DNA of 44,730 nucleotides from Lysobacterales bacterium (GTDB lineage: Bacteria; Pseudomonadota; Gammaproteobacteria; Xanthomonadales; Xanthomonadaceae): contig JBBSTP010000001.1 of NCBI GenBank assembly GCA_038235795.1, positions 1-44,730 on the forward strand, written 5' to 3'. The notes beneath the pieces were generated by a model. That model was given only the letters and a program-made list of their open reading frames with translations, did not search any database and was not told the origin of the DNA. Shown here one piece after another: positions 25,864 to 36,043 of this stretch. The position numbers and the translations under genes are program-made. How positions within the stretch are numbered: the stretch's first letter is position 1; each line of letters opens with the position of its first letter.

Positions 25864-26046
25864 TCAGAATTTCGCCTGAGCGACGTCGCGCAGCTTCTTC
25901 GGCCGAGCGCCCAATTTGCCGTTTGCCCGTGCGGCCGCCGCTTTGGCCTGGCTTGCATTCTGGCCACCCGCTTTGCCCATGGACGCGGCCATCCGCGCGC
26001 GCGATCCAAAAAAGCCGTCGAGCAACGCCGGGAGATAGAGATCAGT
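25864..26046 (-). pseudogene. 3' fragment of a DUF2442-like protein
   Basis: Manual translation TDLYLPALLDGFFGSRARMAASMGKAGGQNASQAKAAAARANGKLGARPKK..., preceded by an in-frame stop. Confidence 0.55.
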
Positions 26047-26109
26047 CTACGAGCCGACTCGCTTTGCTTCATGGTGCCGCTACGTGGGAAATGGCCAAAG
26101 TCAAGCTTA

Positions 26110-26126
26110 GAGGGTGTAGACAGAAT
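26110..26126 (+). mobile_element. Possible orphan IS5-family terminal inverted repeat
   Basis: GAGGGTGTAGACAGAAT preceded by CTTA resembles IS5-group ends as recalled; it sits between two gene fragments and has no partner end. Confidence 0.35.
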
Positions 26127-26190
26127 CAACTAAGGGCTGTCAGTCTGCTGGCCAGGATAAGGGCCTCAGCTAGCCACACCCACTTAGACG

Positions 26191-26390
26191 CTGTGGTTCG
26201 CACTGGGACTGGTCGCGCCGGTGGCCGGTGCCGACGCCCTGGTGCGCGCCGCATCGAAGCTTGCCTTCAAGTTCGGCATCTCGCCGCTGGTCGTTGGCCT
26301 GACGGTGGTGGTCTTCGGCGCTAGCGCACCCTGAAACGAAATGACAGCCGCCGTGATGACCGGTGACCAAACTTCCATGCTTGCCTCTTT
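26191..26390 (+). pseudogene. 5' fragment of a Ca2+/Na+ antiporter (YrbG-like)
   Basis: LGLVAPVAGADALVRAASKLAFKFGISPLVVGLTVVVFGASAP* corresponds to the alpha-1 repeat (GTSAPE) and is interrupted by TGA. Confidence 0.7.
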
Positions 26391-26430
26391 GGTGCTTGAC
26401 ACGGCGTTCAAACGAAGACGATGATGAATT

Positions 26431-27345
26431 ATGGATCACCCTTCAACGACTGAAAGAGCCGCGACGAGTTCAGCTTCAAGAGACACCGCACTCGCGTTTG
26501 ATATGAAGTTGTCGACGCCAGCGGCAGGCGCAGAAATCACCGGCATCGATTTGTCCTCCACGCTCGACGAAGCGACGGTTGCAGCGCTTCGTCAAGCGCT
26601 GACCGAGCGCGGCGTCCTCTTCTTTCGCGACCAGCCAATAACCCCGGATCAGCAAGTCGCGCTCGCGCGCCGCTTTGGCCACGTCCCACCGGTCCCGGAC
26701 TCGATGTTTTCTGTCCACACCGACAACCGCTTTGTCTCGGTCCTCGAGAACGACGCCGACTATCCGCCCACGGTCAACAACTGGCATTCCGACTATTCTT
26801 TCGCCGCCGAGCCCGACTTCGCCTCGGTCTTGCGTTCGGTCGACGTGCCGCCGGTTGGCGGCGACACCCTTTGGGTCGGCATGGCTGCTGCCTACGAAGG
26901 CTTGAGCGACGCGATGAAGACGCGCCTCGACGGCCTGACGGCGACGCATGACTTCATGAAGCTCTACGAGCGCACAGCGAAGAAGGCGCTGTGGCAAGGT
27001 GAGCGCGGCCGCCTGATGGAGGCAGCGCGACGGCAGTTTCCCCCGGTCAGCCACTTGGTGGTGCGCGTTCATCCGGAAACCGGCCGCAAGGTGCTATTCG
27101 TCAACGAATCATTCACGCGCCATGTTGACGGGTTGTCTGAGGCCGAAAGCCGCGCCTTGCTCGGCTACTTGTTCGAGCACCTAAAGGCGCCCGAATTCCA
27201 GGTTCGCTTCCATTGGACGTCCGATTGCGTCGCTATGTGGGACAACCGGGCTACAACACACTATGCGGTCGCCGACTTCTATCCTGAGCACCGGCTGATG
27301 CATCGGGTAACTGTGCTGGAACGGGCCCGGGCGGACGAGGGCTGA
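26431..27345 (+). CDS. TauD/TfdA-family 2-oxoglutarate/Fe(II) dioxygenase
   Basis: GAEITGIDL, WHSD (HxD), GGDTLW, HPETGRK, WDNRATTH, HRVT. Confidence 0.9.
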   Translation: MDHPSTTERAATSSASRDTALAFDMKLSTPAAGAEITGIDLSSTLDEATVAALRQALTERGVLFFRDQPITPDQQVALARRFGHVPPVPDSMFSVHTDNRFVSVLENDADYPPTVNNWHSDYSFAAEPDFASVLRSVDVPPVGGDTLWVGMAAAYEGLSDAMKTRLDGLTATHDFMKLYERTAKKALWQGERGRLMEAARRQFPPVSHLVVRVHPETGRKVLFVNESFTRHVDGLSEAESRALLGYLFEHLKAPEFQVRFHWTSDCVAMWDNRATTHYAVADFYPEHRLMHRVTVLERARADEG

Positions 27346-27672
27346 TCTCGCACGCCACTCCCAAAGCAACGGACGTAGTACTGTTTAAGGGTCGGCATCT
27401 CGATCCCGCGATCGCGAGAGCAGTGTCCAATGTGTCTGCTGATCTATGCGCTGCAAGCCGGCCCTGTAGGTTGGTGTAAATGATGGCTGGGCGGGACTTG
27501 TCGATGGCCCATCACTTCCGCCTGAGTGTCAATCGAGATGGAAAGCGGCGAAGGCGTTCTTCCTCAAGACGCCGGGGACGCAAGCCCGCGCAGCCGTGAG
27601 CGGCACGTTGGACTGCGACGCGGCTTCGCGCCGCGTGGTGGTGGGTTGGACGCGCCTCCACTCAGGTGGTGC

Positions 27673-28185
27673 CTACACTTCACCATCTGCCCGGATTAAG
27701 GCTTGTAATTTTTTTAAGCACGCGACCTCCACGCGCAGTCGCTGATCAAGGCGAGTGCGGACCGAGTCGATTAACCGCGTAAGACGAGTTTCACCAGTGG
27801 TATTAGGAAGCTGTTGTTGGATCAACTGCGCCTGCCTACCTTCGCGGTGCGGCGGCACGACGAGTCGCCTGTTTAACCGATTGGCAGCCCGCACGCCCAA
27901 CCGCTTGCAAGCCATGCGTAGACAAGCGTCGATGCCGGCGGCCGTGGCGGCGGACGTTAAAACGTTTCGGTCTTCCAGGTACTGAACGTCCGGCTCGATG
28001 TCTACCACCGGAAAGCGATCTGCCATCGCCTCCGCGAACTCCCAGTGTCTCGTCGTGCGACGACCACTCAGGAGGCCGGCCTCCGCAAGAACGTGCGCGC
28101 TCAAGCACAGATCCACGATCTGTACGCCACGCACATGCGCCTCGCGCCGCGCCTTGAGCAAGTGCTCCGGTAGCCGTTCGGTCAC
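27673..28185 (-). pseudogene. Internal fragment of a GlxA/FtrA-type AraC regulator, joined to an IS3 OrfA-like tail
   Basis: LAEAGLL.GRRTT.HW, VLTSAATAAGIDACL, VVPPHREG.QAQ; HTH missing; ends RLRVEVACLKKLQALIR, which resembles IS3 OrfA C-termini. Confidence 0.75.
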
Positions 28186-28195
28186 GTGACGTCAA

Positions 28196-28599
28196 CTAGG
28201 CACCACGATGGCATCCGCCATCTTCACTGCAACTCTGCAACACGCCGAGTGGGCTATCGCGCTCAGCCTGGCTTTCGGACTCTTCGGCGCAGCACCGGCT
28301 GGCATCGTCATGTCGCTGACAGCCCAATCGATGGCGCCGCAGCGCCGCGCCTTCGGCATGGGCGTTTTCTTGAGTGTCTTTTCCTGATCATGACGGCGGC
28401 GCCGCCGGTGGCCGGCTGGTTGTTCGATTACACCGGCCAGCCCTTCACTGCGATTCTCTTCGCAGCCGGACTGTTCGCTGCGACCGGGCTGGGGTTCGCG
28501 GCGTTCGGGCCCTTCAAGCGATGGCTTGCAGGACGCGCGGCGCGTGCCGAGGCGCCAGACTCGGCTGGATCGGGATCTGAGGCCAAGGTCAAGCCATAG
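28196..28599 (+). pseudogene. 3' fragment of an MFS transporter, frameshifted
   Basis: AFGLFGAAPAGIVMSLTAQSMAPQRRAFGMGVF, then a frame change at the T-run near 28380 into LIMTAAPPVAGWLFDYTG. Confidence 0.7.
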
Positions 28600-28650
28600 C
28601 CCTCGGCGGCCGATCCGAGACTCAGGAGTCGCGCCATTGCGCGTGCGCAG

Positions 28651-28908
28651 ATCACTCGAGACTTACCTCCACTAAGCCTACGAGCTACAAAACATCGTTT
28701 TACGCGTCTCGTGCCGATGCCTAAGATTGGCTGTTCAAACTCGCCCGTTTCTTCAACCAGCCGGAGATTTCATGTCTCAGCACCACGCTTCGATTCAGTG
28801 GCAGCGTACCCCTTATTCGCATGACGGAAAAACGTACTCCCGCAATCACGTCGCAATCTTGAACGGTCAGCAGTCCGTCAATGTTTCGGCGTCCGTCGAA
28901 TTCAAGGG
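28651..28908 (+). repeat. 258-bp direct repeat, copy 2
   Basis: About 90% identical, ungapped, to 4705-4962. Confidence 0.92.
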
Positions 28909-29233
28909 TGATCCCATGTGCGCTGATCCTGAACAGCTGCTGGTCAGTGCGGTCTCGAGTTGCCACATGCTGACCTTCCTCGCCATTGCGGAGTTCCAGG
29001 GCTATCGCGTGGAGCAATACGAGGACTACGCTGTCGGGCACCTTGAAGCGATCCAAGGCGCAGGAACCTCAATAACGCGTATCGAGCTGTCGCCGAAGAT
29101 CACGTTTGGCGGAGAGAAGGTGCCCGATGAAGCGGCACTTAACCGAATCCACGCCGGGGCGCACAAGAACTGCTTCATCGCCAAATCGCTGACGGCGACT
29201 GTGACGGTGGTGAATGAGAAGGCCACGGCCTGA
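28772..29233 (+). CDS. OsmC/Ohr-family protein
   Basis: DPEQLLVSAVSSCHMLTFL and AHKNCFIAKS (two-Cys motif); GGAG RBS. Confidence 0.9.
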   Translation: MSQHHASIQWQRTPYSHDGKTYSRNHVAILNGQQSVNVSASVEFKGDPMCADPEQLLVSAVSSCHMLTFLAIAEFQGYRVEQYEDYAVGHLEAIQGAGTSITRIELSPKITFGGEKVPDEAALNRIHAGAHKNCFIAKSLTATVTVVNEKATA

Positions 29234-29266
29234 CGTTAGTCGCGCGTGAATATGGGAGACACCGTT

Positions 29267-30055
29267 ATGGACATGGATGCGGCTACACCACTGTTGATCA
29301 GGCACGACTCGGACGGTGTGACGACGCTGCAGCTGAATCGGCCGCTGCAGTCCAACGCGCTGTCCGAAGACCTCCTCGATGTACTTCAGCGTGAACTCGA
29401 CACGATCAGCGTCGACATGGATGTCCGGTGTGTCGTGTTGTCGGGTGCGGGCAAGGCATTTTGCGCCGGGCACGACCTGCGTGAGATGCGATTGCAGCCT
29501 CGGCTTTCTTACTACCAGTCCCTGTTCACTCGCTGCAGCCGCGTGATGCAGAGCATCCAGGCATTGCCAATTCCCGTGATCGCACGTGTTCATGGTGTGG
29601 CGACCGCCGCGGGCTGCCAACTCGTGGCGAGTTGCGATCTCGCAATCGCCGCGGAAACGGCGCGCTTCGCCGTCTCTGGCATCAATGTCGGACTGTTCTG
29701 CTCAACGCCGGCAGTGGCCTTGTCGCGCAACATTTCACCGAAGCGGGCGTTTGACATGCTCATGACTGCACGCTTCATTGATGCGGCTACTGCATGTGAT
29801 TGGGGTCTTGTCAACGAGGCGGTACCTGAAGGCGATCTGGATGCCGCCGTGATGCGCAAAACAGCCGAGATTCTCGCCAAGAGCCCGAAAGCCGTTCGCT
29901 ATGGCAAGGCTATGTTCTACCGGCAAAGGCAGATGGCCTTGGGCGACGCTTACGCCTATGCGGGCGACGTCATGGCGCGCAACATGATGGAGGAAGACGC
30001 GTGCGATGGCATTGACGCCTTTCTCGAAAAGCGTCAGCCGCACCGGCGATCCTGA
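29267..30055 (+). CDS. Enoyl-CoA hydratase/isomerase family protein
   Basis: LNRP..SNALS, AFCAGHDL, HGVATAAGCQLVASCDL, GLFCSTP, AFLEKR. Confidence 0.9.
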   Translation: MDMDAATPLLIRHDSDGVTTLQLNRPLQSNALSEDLLDVLQRELDTISVDMDVRCVVLSGAGKAFCAGHDLREMRLQPRLSYYQSLFTRCSRVMQSIQALPIPVIARVHGVATAAGCQLVASCDLAIAAETARFAVSGINVGLFCSTPAVALSRNISPKRAFDMLMTARFIDAATACDWGLVNEAVPEGDLDAAVMRKTAEILAKSPKAVRYGKAMFYRQRQMALGDAYAYAGDVMARNMMEEDACDGIDAFLEKRQPHRRS

Positions 30056-30130
30056 CGGCTTTGGATCGGAATCGATTGAACGACGCTGGCGGTTCACCTG
30101 GTAGCCAACAGCCGAGTAGTCGATTGCTCC

Positions 30131-31291
30131 ATGCGCAAGCCTGCTTCCCCCAAACGTCTTCAACGCGATGCCATCGCGGCGGTGCAAAGTGCGCCTTCGG
30201 CCGATGCCAGCTCGACGCCGACTTGCTTGCCGCAGGATTGCGGCGTGCTGCGGTCGCCCAGCGCGACGCGCCTGCCGCCGCTGATCGCACTGGCGTACTT
30301 CGAAGCCGCAGCGCGCAAGCAGAGTTTCGCTGCGGCCGCCAAGGAGCTGCACGTCACGCCGGCCGCAATCAGTCATCAGGTGAAGGCACTGGAAGAACAA
30401 CTCGGCGTCGAGTTGTTCGTCCGCCACCACCGCAACGTGAGTCTGACGGCGGCGGCCAAAGAGGCGTTGCCGGCATTGCAGGACGGTTTTGCGGCGTTGG
30501 CGCATGGTGTGGAGCAAATCCGGGCCCATATAGAGACACGCTGGGTCATCACGATTTGCGCCGAACCCTTGTTCGCTACCAAGTGGCTGGTGCCCCGCCT
30601 GCATCGGTTCTACGCACGCTGCCCTGAAGCGGAAGTGCGCCTGCAGGCAAGCCTCAGCTCTGTCGATTCCTGTCGGAGCGGGCCGACTGGACCCATATCA
30701 TTTCGTCGCGCGGGGATCGATCTGGCCGTCCGATTTGGTTATGGGGAGTATGCCGAGCTGGATTCGCGCCACTTATTGAAGGTCGCCTTGCTTCCCGTTT
30801 GTTCCCCCGCAGTGGAGGTGGCGACTCGGCCCTCCGCATCACCAGAGGTGTTGCTCCAACTGCGACTTCTGAGCGACAGCACAGCCTACCGTTCTTCCGA
30901 GCGCTTCGGATGGCAGCAATGGTTTCAGTACGCCGGCGTCTCGGTGCCCAACTTGCTGCGTGAGCAGCGCTTCGGTAATGGGCTCCTCGCGCTGGAAGCT
31001 GCAGTTACGGGTCAGGGTCTTTTACTTGCCTGTCCTTCGCTGGTGCAGGCAGAGCTGCAGTCGGGAAAGCTGGTGGTCGCTGCAGACGTGGAAATGCCTT
31101 GTCCTTTAGCCTACTTTGTGGTCTGTCTGCCCTCCGCGCTGGAACGTCCCATCGTGAAGGAATTCAGGGACTGGCTATTCACCGAAGCAGAGTTATCAGC
31201 CAGTACCGTTGCTGCGGCAGACACAACAAGCCACCGAAAGAAGGCCGGGAAGAGCGTCAAACCAACTCACACGCCACTACTGTCCGATTAA
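30131..31291 (+). CDS. LysR-family regulator, GcvA-like (true start uncertain, probably downstream of 30131)
   Basis: LPPLIALAYFEAAARKQSFAAAAKELHVTPAAISHQVKALE; KWLVPRL; IDLAVRFG. Confidence 0.85.
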   Translation: MRKPASPKRLQRDAIAAVQSAPSADASSTPTCLPQDCGVLRSPSATRLPPLIALAYFEAAARKQSFAAAAKELHVTPAAISHQVKALEEQLGVELFVRHHRNVSLTAAAKEALPALQDGFAALAHGVEQIRAHIETRWVITICAEPLFATKWLVPRLHRFYARCPEAEVRLQASLSSVDSCRSGPTGPISFRRAGIDLAVRFGYGEYAELDSRHLLKVALLPVCSPAVEVATRPSASPEVLLQLRLLSDSTAYRSSERFGWQQWFQYAGVSVPNLLREQRFGNGLLALEAAVTGQGLLLACPSLVQAELQSGKLVVAADVEMPCPLAYFVVCLPSALERPIVKEFRDWLFTEAELSASTVAAADTTSHRKKAGKSVKPTHTPLLSD

Positions 31292-31322
31292 ACCTAGCCC
31301 TGTGACTTCTGGAGTTCTCGCC

Positions 31323-33662
31323 GTGAAATCTGATTCAAAACTATTCCCCACCAGTACCCATTGGGGAAATTACTGGATTGAAAAGAACGATAAAGGCGTT
31401 GTGGCCGTGCATCCTGACTCGCGTGATGCTGATCCGTCGCCCATTGGACAGTCTCTGCTCAATACCCGAGATGCCAACGTACGGGTCGCTCGACCGGCAA
31501 TACGCAAAGGATATTTGCGTGATGGCCTGAACAGCGACGGCGCGGCGCGCGGGAGAGAGGGGTTCGTGGAGGTGCCTTGGGACGAAGCATTGGATATTGC
31601 CGCCAACGCAATCCGCCGCACAGTGCATCAGTTTGGCAATGAGGCAATTTACGGCGGCTCTTATGGTTGGTCCAGTGCCGGTCGATTCCATCATGCGCAA
31701 AGCCAGTTGCATCGATTCCTGAATTTCGCAGGTGGATATACCTTCTCGGTCCAGTCTTACTCCACCGGCACTGCCCAGGTGATCCTTCCGCACGTGCTCG
31801 GAACTCCTGCATTGCAATTGATGCGGGAGGCACCGACCCTTGAAGATATCGCCAAAAATGCCCGTCTGGTGGTCAGCTTTGGCGGCATCAGTATGAAAAA
31901 CATGCAGATCAACCAGGGGGGAATTGGCAATCACTCGGCTCGAACTCAATTAACGGCGATGTGCAAGGCCGGGGTAGAAGTGATTTGCGTCAGTCCAGTC
32001 CGCGACGACGTTGCTGAGTTTGTTGGTGCGAAATGGTGGCCCGTTCGGCCGAATTCGGATGTCGCCTTGATGATGGGGTTGGCACACACATTGCATACCG
32101 AAGGTCTGCATGATGAGAAATTTCTTGAGTCGCACTGTACTGGATACAGGCAATTTTCTGACTACCTTGTCGGGGATAGTGACGGGCAACCCAAATCGGC
32201 GGAATGGGCATCACGACTATGCGACATCGATGCTGAACAGATTCGTGCACTGGCTAGGCGCATGGCGTCGCAACCGTGTCTATTGTCGATCAGCTGGTCG
32301 TTGCAACGCACCGAGCATGGCGATCAGCCGTATTGGATGGTGACGGTTTTGTCAGCGATGCTTGGCAATAGCGGCTTGCCAGGACAAGGTGTGGGCTTTG
32401 GATACGGCAGCTTGCACAACTATGGATTTGCAGGGCGCCGACTATTGCCGTTCAGGCCGGCTGCACTCGACCAGGGGCGCAATGCAGTAAAACAATACAT
32501 TCCGGTTGCACGCATTGCAGACATGCTTCTGAATCCGGGCGGACAATATCCGTTCAATGGCGAAACCCGCGCTTATCCGGACATCAAATTGATTTACTGG
32601 GCGGGTGGTAACCCATTTCATCATCACCAGGATCTCAATCGCTTGAGGCAAGCATGGGCTCAGCCACAAACGGTGATTGTTAATGAACCGTACTGGACAG
32701 CGACCGCGCGCCATGCCGATATCGTATTCCCGACAACTACGGCTCTTGAGCGTGAAGATTTCGCTTCCGGCACGTCGGATTCCGCGATTTCAGCGATGCA
32801 TCAGGTATTCGAACCCTATGCGCAATCGCGAGACGATTTCGCCGCTTTTTCTGGGTTAGCGTATCGTCTGGGTTTTGGTGAAGAATTTTGTGAGCAACTT
32901 ACTCCCCGGCAATGGCTTGAAAAGATGTGGGCTGAAACCACAGGCAGGGCGCGCGAGCATGGGTTGGTGTTGCCTGAATTTGATGAGTTCTGGAACAGCG
33001 GTGGTTATCACGCGCCCCTCTCGGCTTTAGCGGAAGAGCGGTTTGCGCTGGAACGGTTTCGAGCCGATCCGGCGACCCACCCTCTGAAAACGCCATCAGG
33101 CAAGATCGAAATATATTCGGAAAAAATCGCCTCGTTTGCGCTTGCCGATTGCCCTGGGCATCCTGTCTGGAACAATAAGCAGGAATTCCTGGGTAGTGAG
33201 CGATCAAAGCAGTTTCCGCTTGCGCTCGTCTCCAATCAGCCGATTACCCGGTTGCACAGTCAACTTGATTTTGGCGCAACCAGTGTCGCCGCGAAGCGAC
33301 AAGGCCGTGAAGTCGTCCGGATCAATCCGACGGATGCGCGGCGCCGCGCGGTTTCAGACAATGATATCGTGCGTATATTCAATGACCGAGGTGCGACATT
33401 GGCCAGTGCTTGTCTTGATGACGGCGTGCGCGCGGGTGTGATCGTATTGCCCACAGGCGCCTGGTTCGACCCGTCCGGGGATGACGATCTGGAAGTACAC
33501 GGTAATCCGAATGTCTTGACCAGGGACGTTGGCACGTCGACCTTGTGTCAGGGAACAAGTGCCCACAGCTGTTTAGTTGATCTGGAACGTTTTGACCAAC
33601 CCTTGCCGGTGATCAACGCCTTCTTGCCTCCGCCATTCGAGCAAAATATGCACAACGCCTAA
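31323..33662 (+). CDS. Mo-bisPGD oxidoreductase, DMSO-reductase family, cytoplasmic BisC-like S-/N-oxide reductase
   Basis: TSTHWG, GGSYGWSSAGRFH, YSTGTA (Ser ligand), WAGGNPFHHHQD, TARHADIVFP, TPSGKIE, RLHSQL; no Tat signal or Fe-S motif; GTG 31323 with GGAG RBS. Confidence 0.88.
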   Translation: MKSDSKLFPTSTHWGNYWIEKNDKGVVAVHPDSRDADPSPIGQSLLNTRDANVRVARPAIRKGYLRDGLNSDGAARGREGFVEVPWDEALDIAANAIRRTVHQFGNEAIYGGSYGWSSAGRFHHAQSQLHRFLNFAGGYTFSVQSYSTGTAQVILPHVLGTPALQLMREAPTLEDIAKNARLVVSFGGISMKNMQINQGGIGNHSARTQLTAMCKAGVEVICVSPVRDDVAEFVGAKWWPVRPNSDVALMMGLAHTLHTEGLHDEKFLESHCTGYRQFSDYLVGDSDGQPKSAEWASRLCDIDAEQIRALARRMASQPCLLSISWSLQRTEHGDQPYWMVTVLSAMLGNSGLPGQGVGFGYGSLHNYGFAGRRLLPFRPAALDQGRNAVKQYIPVARIADMLLNPGGQYPFNGETRAYPDIKLIYWAGGNPFHHHQDLNRLRQAWAQPQTVIVNEPYWTATARHADIVFPTTTALEREDFASGTSDSAISAMHQVFEPYAQSRDDFAAFSGLAYRLGFGEEFCEQLTPRQWLEKMWAETTGRAREHGLVLPEFDEFWNSGGYHAPLSALAEERFALERFRADPATHPLKTPSGKIEIYSEKIASFALADCPGHPVWNNKQEFLGSERSKQFPLALVSNQPITRLHSQLDFGATSVAAKRQGREVVRINPTDARRRAVSDNDIVRIFNDRGATLASACLDDGVRAGVIVLPTGAWFDPSGDDDLEVHGNPNVLTRDVGTSTLCQGTSAHSCLVDLERFDQPLPVINAFLPPPFEQNMHNA

Positions 33663-33910
33663 AGGCGAGGTCTCGAACAGAACTGTCGTCTGCGCTTGGT
33701 TTCTGGGCTCCGCCAGCGACAGCCACCTCGCATACCTCCCTAACGCGTTCTATAGGGACTGTACCCCTAGCAAAGGTCCCGGGACAGACTGCTTCAGCTG
33801 AGTTGAATCAGTGATCCCGATCCAGAAGAGATGCACGTTTGGTCCAAAGCTGCCATACACATTACTGAACAATAATTATTTAGGCGTTCTCCACAGGCAT
33901 GGATGGACTG

Positions 33911-34906
33911 TCAATTCTCTTGTTTGACTGAGCCGTCCAAACCACCTTGTTGGCCTTCGTAAAAGAGCTGCCTGTATGCAGATGGTGAAGTGTGCAGCTG
34001 GCGTGCAAAGTGCTGACGCAGGGACAGCGCGGTGCCAAAGCCCACCTCGGTCGCAAGGCGCTCAATTGACAAATCCGTGGTTTCCAGCAACTGCTGCGCC
34101 CTTGCAATACGCTCGGCAGCCAGCCATTTAACGAAATTGGTGCCCGTGGCTTCACGAAAACGTCGGGTGAAGGTTCGCCGGCTCATGCGCGCTATGTCGG
34201 CCAGCCCATCCAGTGACAGCGGCTCCGCCAAATGCTCGCGTGTCCACTCCAGCGTGCCCGGTAAACGGTTCTCGCTGGGCAGAGCCGGCACCGGCTGCTT
34301 GATGTATTGCGCCTGTCCGCCTTGGCGGTGCGGGGGTGTTACCAGCAGCCTTGCCACACGGTTGGCAACGTCGGCGCCATGACGCTGACGCACAAGGTTC
34401 AGGCAGCAGTCAATCGCCGCTACCGTCCCGGCAGACGTAATGACGTTGCCGTCGTCCACATACAGCACGTCAGGGAGAAAGTTAGCCAGCGGAAAGCGCT
34501 CTGCGAAGAGTTCACGACAGGCCCAATGGGTCGTCGCGCGGCGCCTGTCCAATAAGCCTGCATCACCTAGCACGAAGGCGCCCAAGCACAGGCCGACGAC
34601 CTGGGCGCCGCGAGCGTGGGCCTTGCGCAGGGCATCCGTAAGCGCAGCGGGCGCAACGTTTTCGGGATGGTTCCACGCAGGAACGATGACAAGGTCAGCA
34701 TCGTCCATGTCGTCGAGGCCGTTGGGCACTTCAATCTCCATGCCTCGGTCGCAGCGCACACGGCCGGGCGTTGCCGCGCAGTAACGCACGTCGTACGGAG
34801 GCAGTCCGCTGGGTGGCGGCGCCACGCCGAACACGATGCCTGGCACCGAGAGGTGGAAAAGGCTCACGCCTTCGAAAGCAAGGACTTCGACACGGACGGG
34901 CTGCAT
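33911..34906 (-). CDS. GlxA/FtrA-type AraC regulator with DJ-1/amidase domain
   Basis: GLCLGAFVL, ATTHW, TSAGTVAAIDCCL, PPHRQGGQAQY, MSRRTFTRRF HTH. Confidence 0.92.
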   Translation of the reverse strand: MQPVRVEVLAFEGVSLFHLSVPGIVFGVAPPPSGLPPYDVRYCAATPGRVRCDRGMEIEVPNGLDDMDDADLVIVPAWNHPENVAPAALTDALRKAHARGAQVVGLCLGAFVLGDAGLLDRRRATTHWACRELFAERFPLANFLPDVLYVDDGNVITSAGTVAAIDCCLNLVRQRHGADVANRVARLLVTPPHRQGGQAQYIKQPVPALPSENRLPGTLEWTREHLAEPLSLDGLADIARMSRRTFTRRFREATGTNFVKWLAAERIARAQQLLETTDLSIERLATEVGFGTALSLRQHFARQLHTSPSAYRQLFYEGQQGGLDGSVKQEN

Positions 34907-34932
34907 GGAGCCTCCAGAGACGATGGCTGTAA

Positions 34933-34971
34933 ATTGGCCCGATTTTATCTAATGTTGTCATTTGGGCCAAT
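34933..34971. promoter_or_regulatory. Inverted repeat in the divergent promoter; candidate AraC/GlxA operator
   Basis: ATTGGCCC-N23-GGGCCAAT between the regulator and its divergent operon. Confidence 0.4.
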
Positions 34972-35067
34972 GGTGCGAAACCGGGTCTATCCGCAAAATT
35001 GACCCCAACGCACAAACGGAATCTCCATTGCGCGCAATCAGCAAACTATTGAAAAGGAAAGGTTTTT

Positions 35068-35976
35068 ATGAAAGTCTTCAACCCCTTGCGCAGGGCCGTC
35101 GCTCTGAGTGGCATCGCCATGCTCGTCGCCTGCGGCACAGCCTATTCCGGCACAAGCACATCGACAGCTACCACTTCTGTGGTGAGCTCTGTTGAGGTCC
35201 AGCAAATTCGAAACGCTACCGTCAAGATCGACTTCTCTGGCACCACGTTTCTGGTCGATCCCATGCTCTCACCCAAGGGTGGGTTCCCAGGCTTTGAAGG
35301 CACCTACCGTAGTGAGTTGCGCAACCCATTGGTAGAGCTGCCTTTCTCGGCCGATGAGGTCTTGAAAAGCGTCGAAGCCGTCGTGGTGACCCACACCCAC
35401 ACGGATCACTGGGATGAAGCTGCGCAAAAGCAGATTCCCAAGAACATGCCCGTGTTTGTGCAAAACGAAGTAGATGCCAAAACAATTCGCGGTCAAGGCT
35501 TCAAGGATGTGCGTGTCCTCAATGGCACTGTCACTTTCAACGGCGTGAAGTTGAGCAAGACCGGCGGCCAGCACGGCAGTGACTTGTGGTTTGCAGACCC
35601 TGCACGTGCTGAGGCAATGGGCCCAGTCATGGGGGTCGTGTTTTCTGCGCCTGAAACCAAAACTGTCTATGTCGCTGGTGACACCGTCTGGCGCCCGGAA
35701 GTGGATCAGGCATTGGCGCAGTACAAGCCAGACGTGGTGATCCTGAACACGGGCAGCGCTCTCGTGACCGGTTTTGAGGAGCATCCCATCATCATGGGCA
35801 AGCAAGACACACTGCAGGCCACCAAATCGGCGCCCAAGGCTGCCATCGTGGCCGTGCACATGGATGCCGTGAACCACATGTCGCTCGACCGCAAAGAATT
35901 GCGTGAATTTGTGCAAGAGAAAAAAATTCAGGATCGGGTGATGATTCCTGAAGATGGTGAGGCCATGAAGTTCTAA
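35068..35976 (+). CDS. MBL-fold metallo-hydrolase (exported/lipoprotein)
   Basis: QIRNAT, FLVDPML, THTHTDHWD, GGQHG, AGDTVW, VHMDAVNH. Confidence 0.9.
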   Translation: MKVFNPLRRAVALSGIAMLVACGTAYSGTSTSTATTSVVSSVEVQQIRNATVKIDFSGTTFLVDPMLSPKGGFPGFEGTYRSELRNPLVELPFSADEVLKSVEAVVVTHTHTDHWDEAAQKQIPKNMPVFVQNEVDAKTIRGQGFKDVRVLNGTVTFNGVKLSKTGGQHGSDLWFADPARAEAMGPVMGVVFSAPETKTVYVAGDTVWRPEVDQALAQYKPDVVILNTGSALVTGFEEHPIIMGKQDTLQATKSAPKAAIVAVHMDAVNHMSLDRKELREFVQEKKIQDRVMIPEDGEAMKF

Positions 35977-35985
35977 AGAAATAAA

Positions 35986-36007
35986 GCTGCCTAAAAGTTT
36001 AGGCGGC
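35986..36007 (+). terminator. Possible hairpin/terminator between the MBL and cysteine hydrolase genes
   Basis: GCTGCCTAAA-ag-TTTAGGCGGC followed by a short CTTT. Confidence 0.3.
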
Positions 36008-36043
36008 CTTTCCGATCCCTCAAAACCTGCAAAAGAAAACTCA

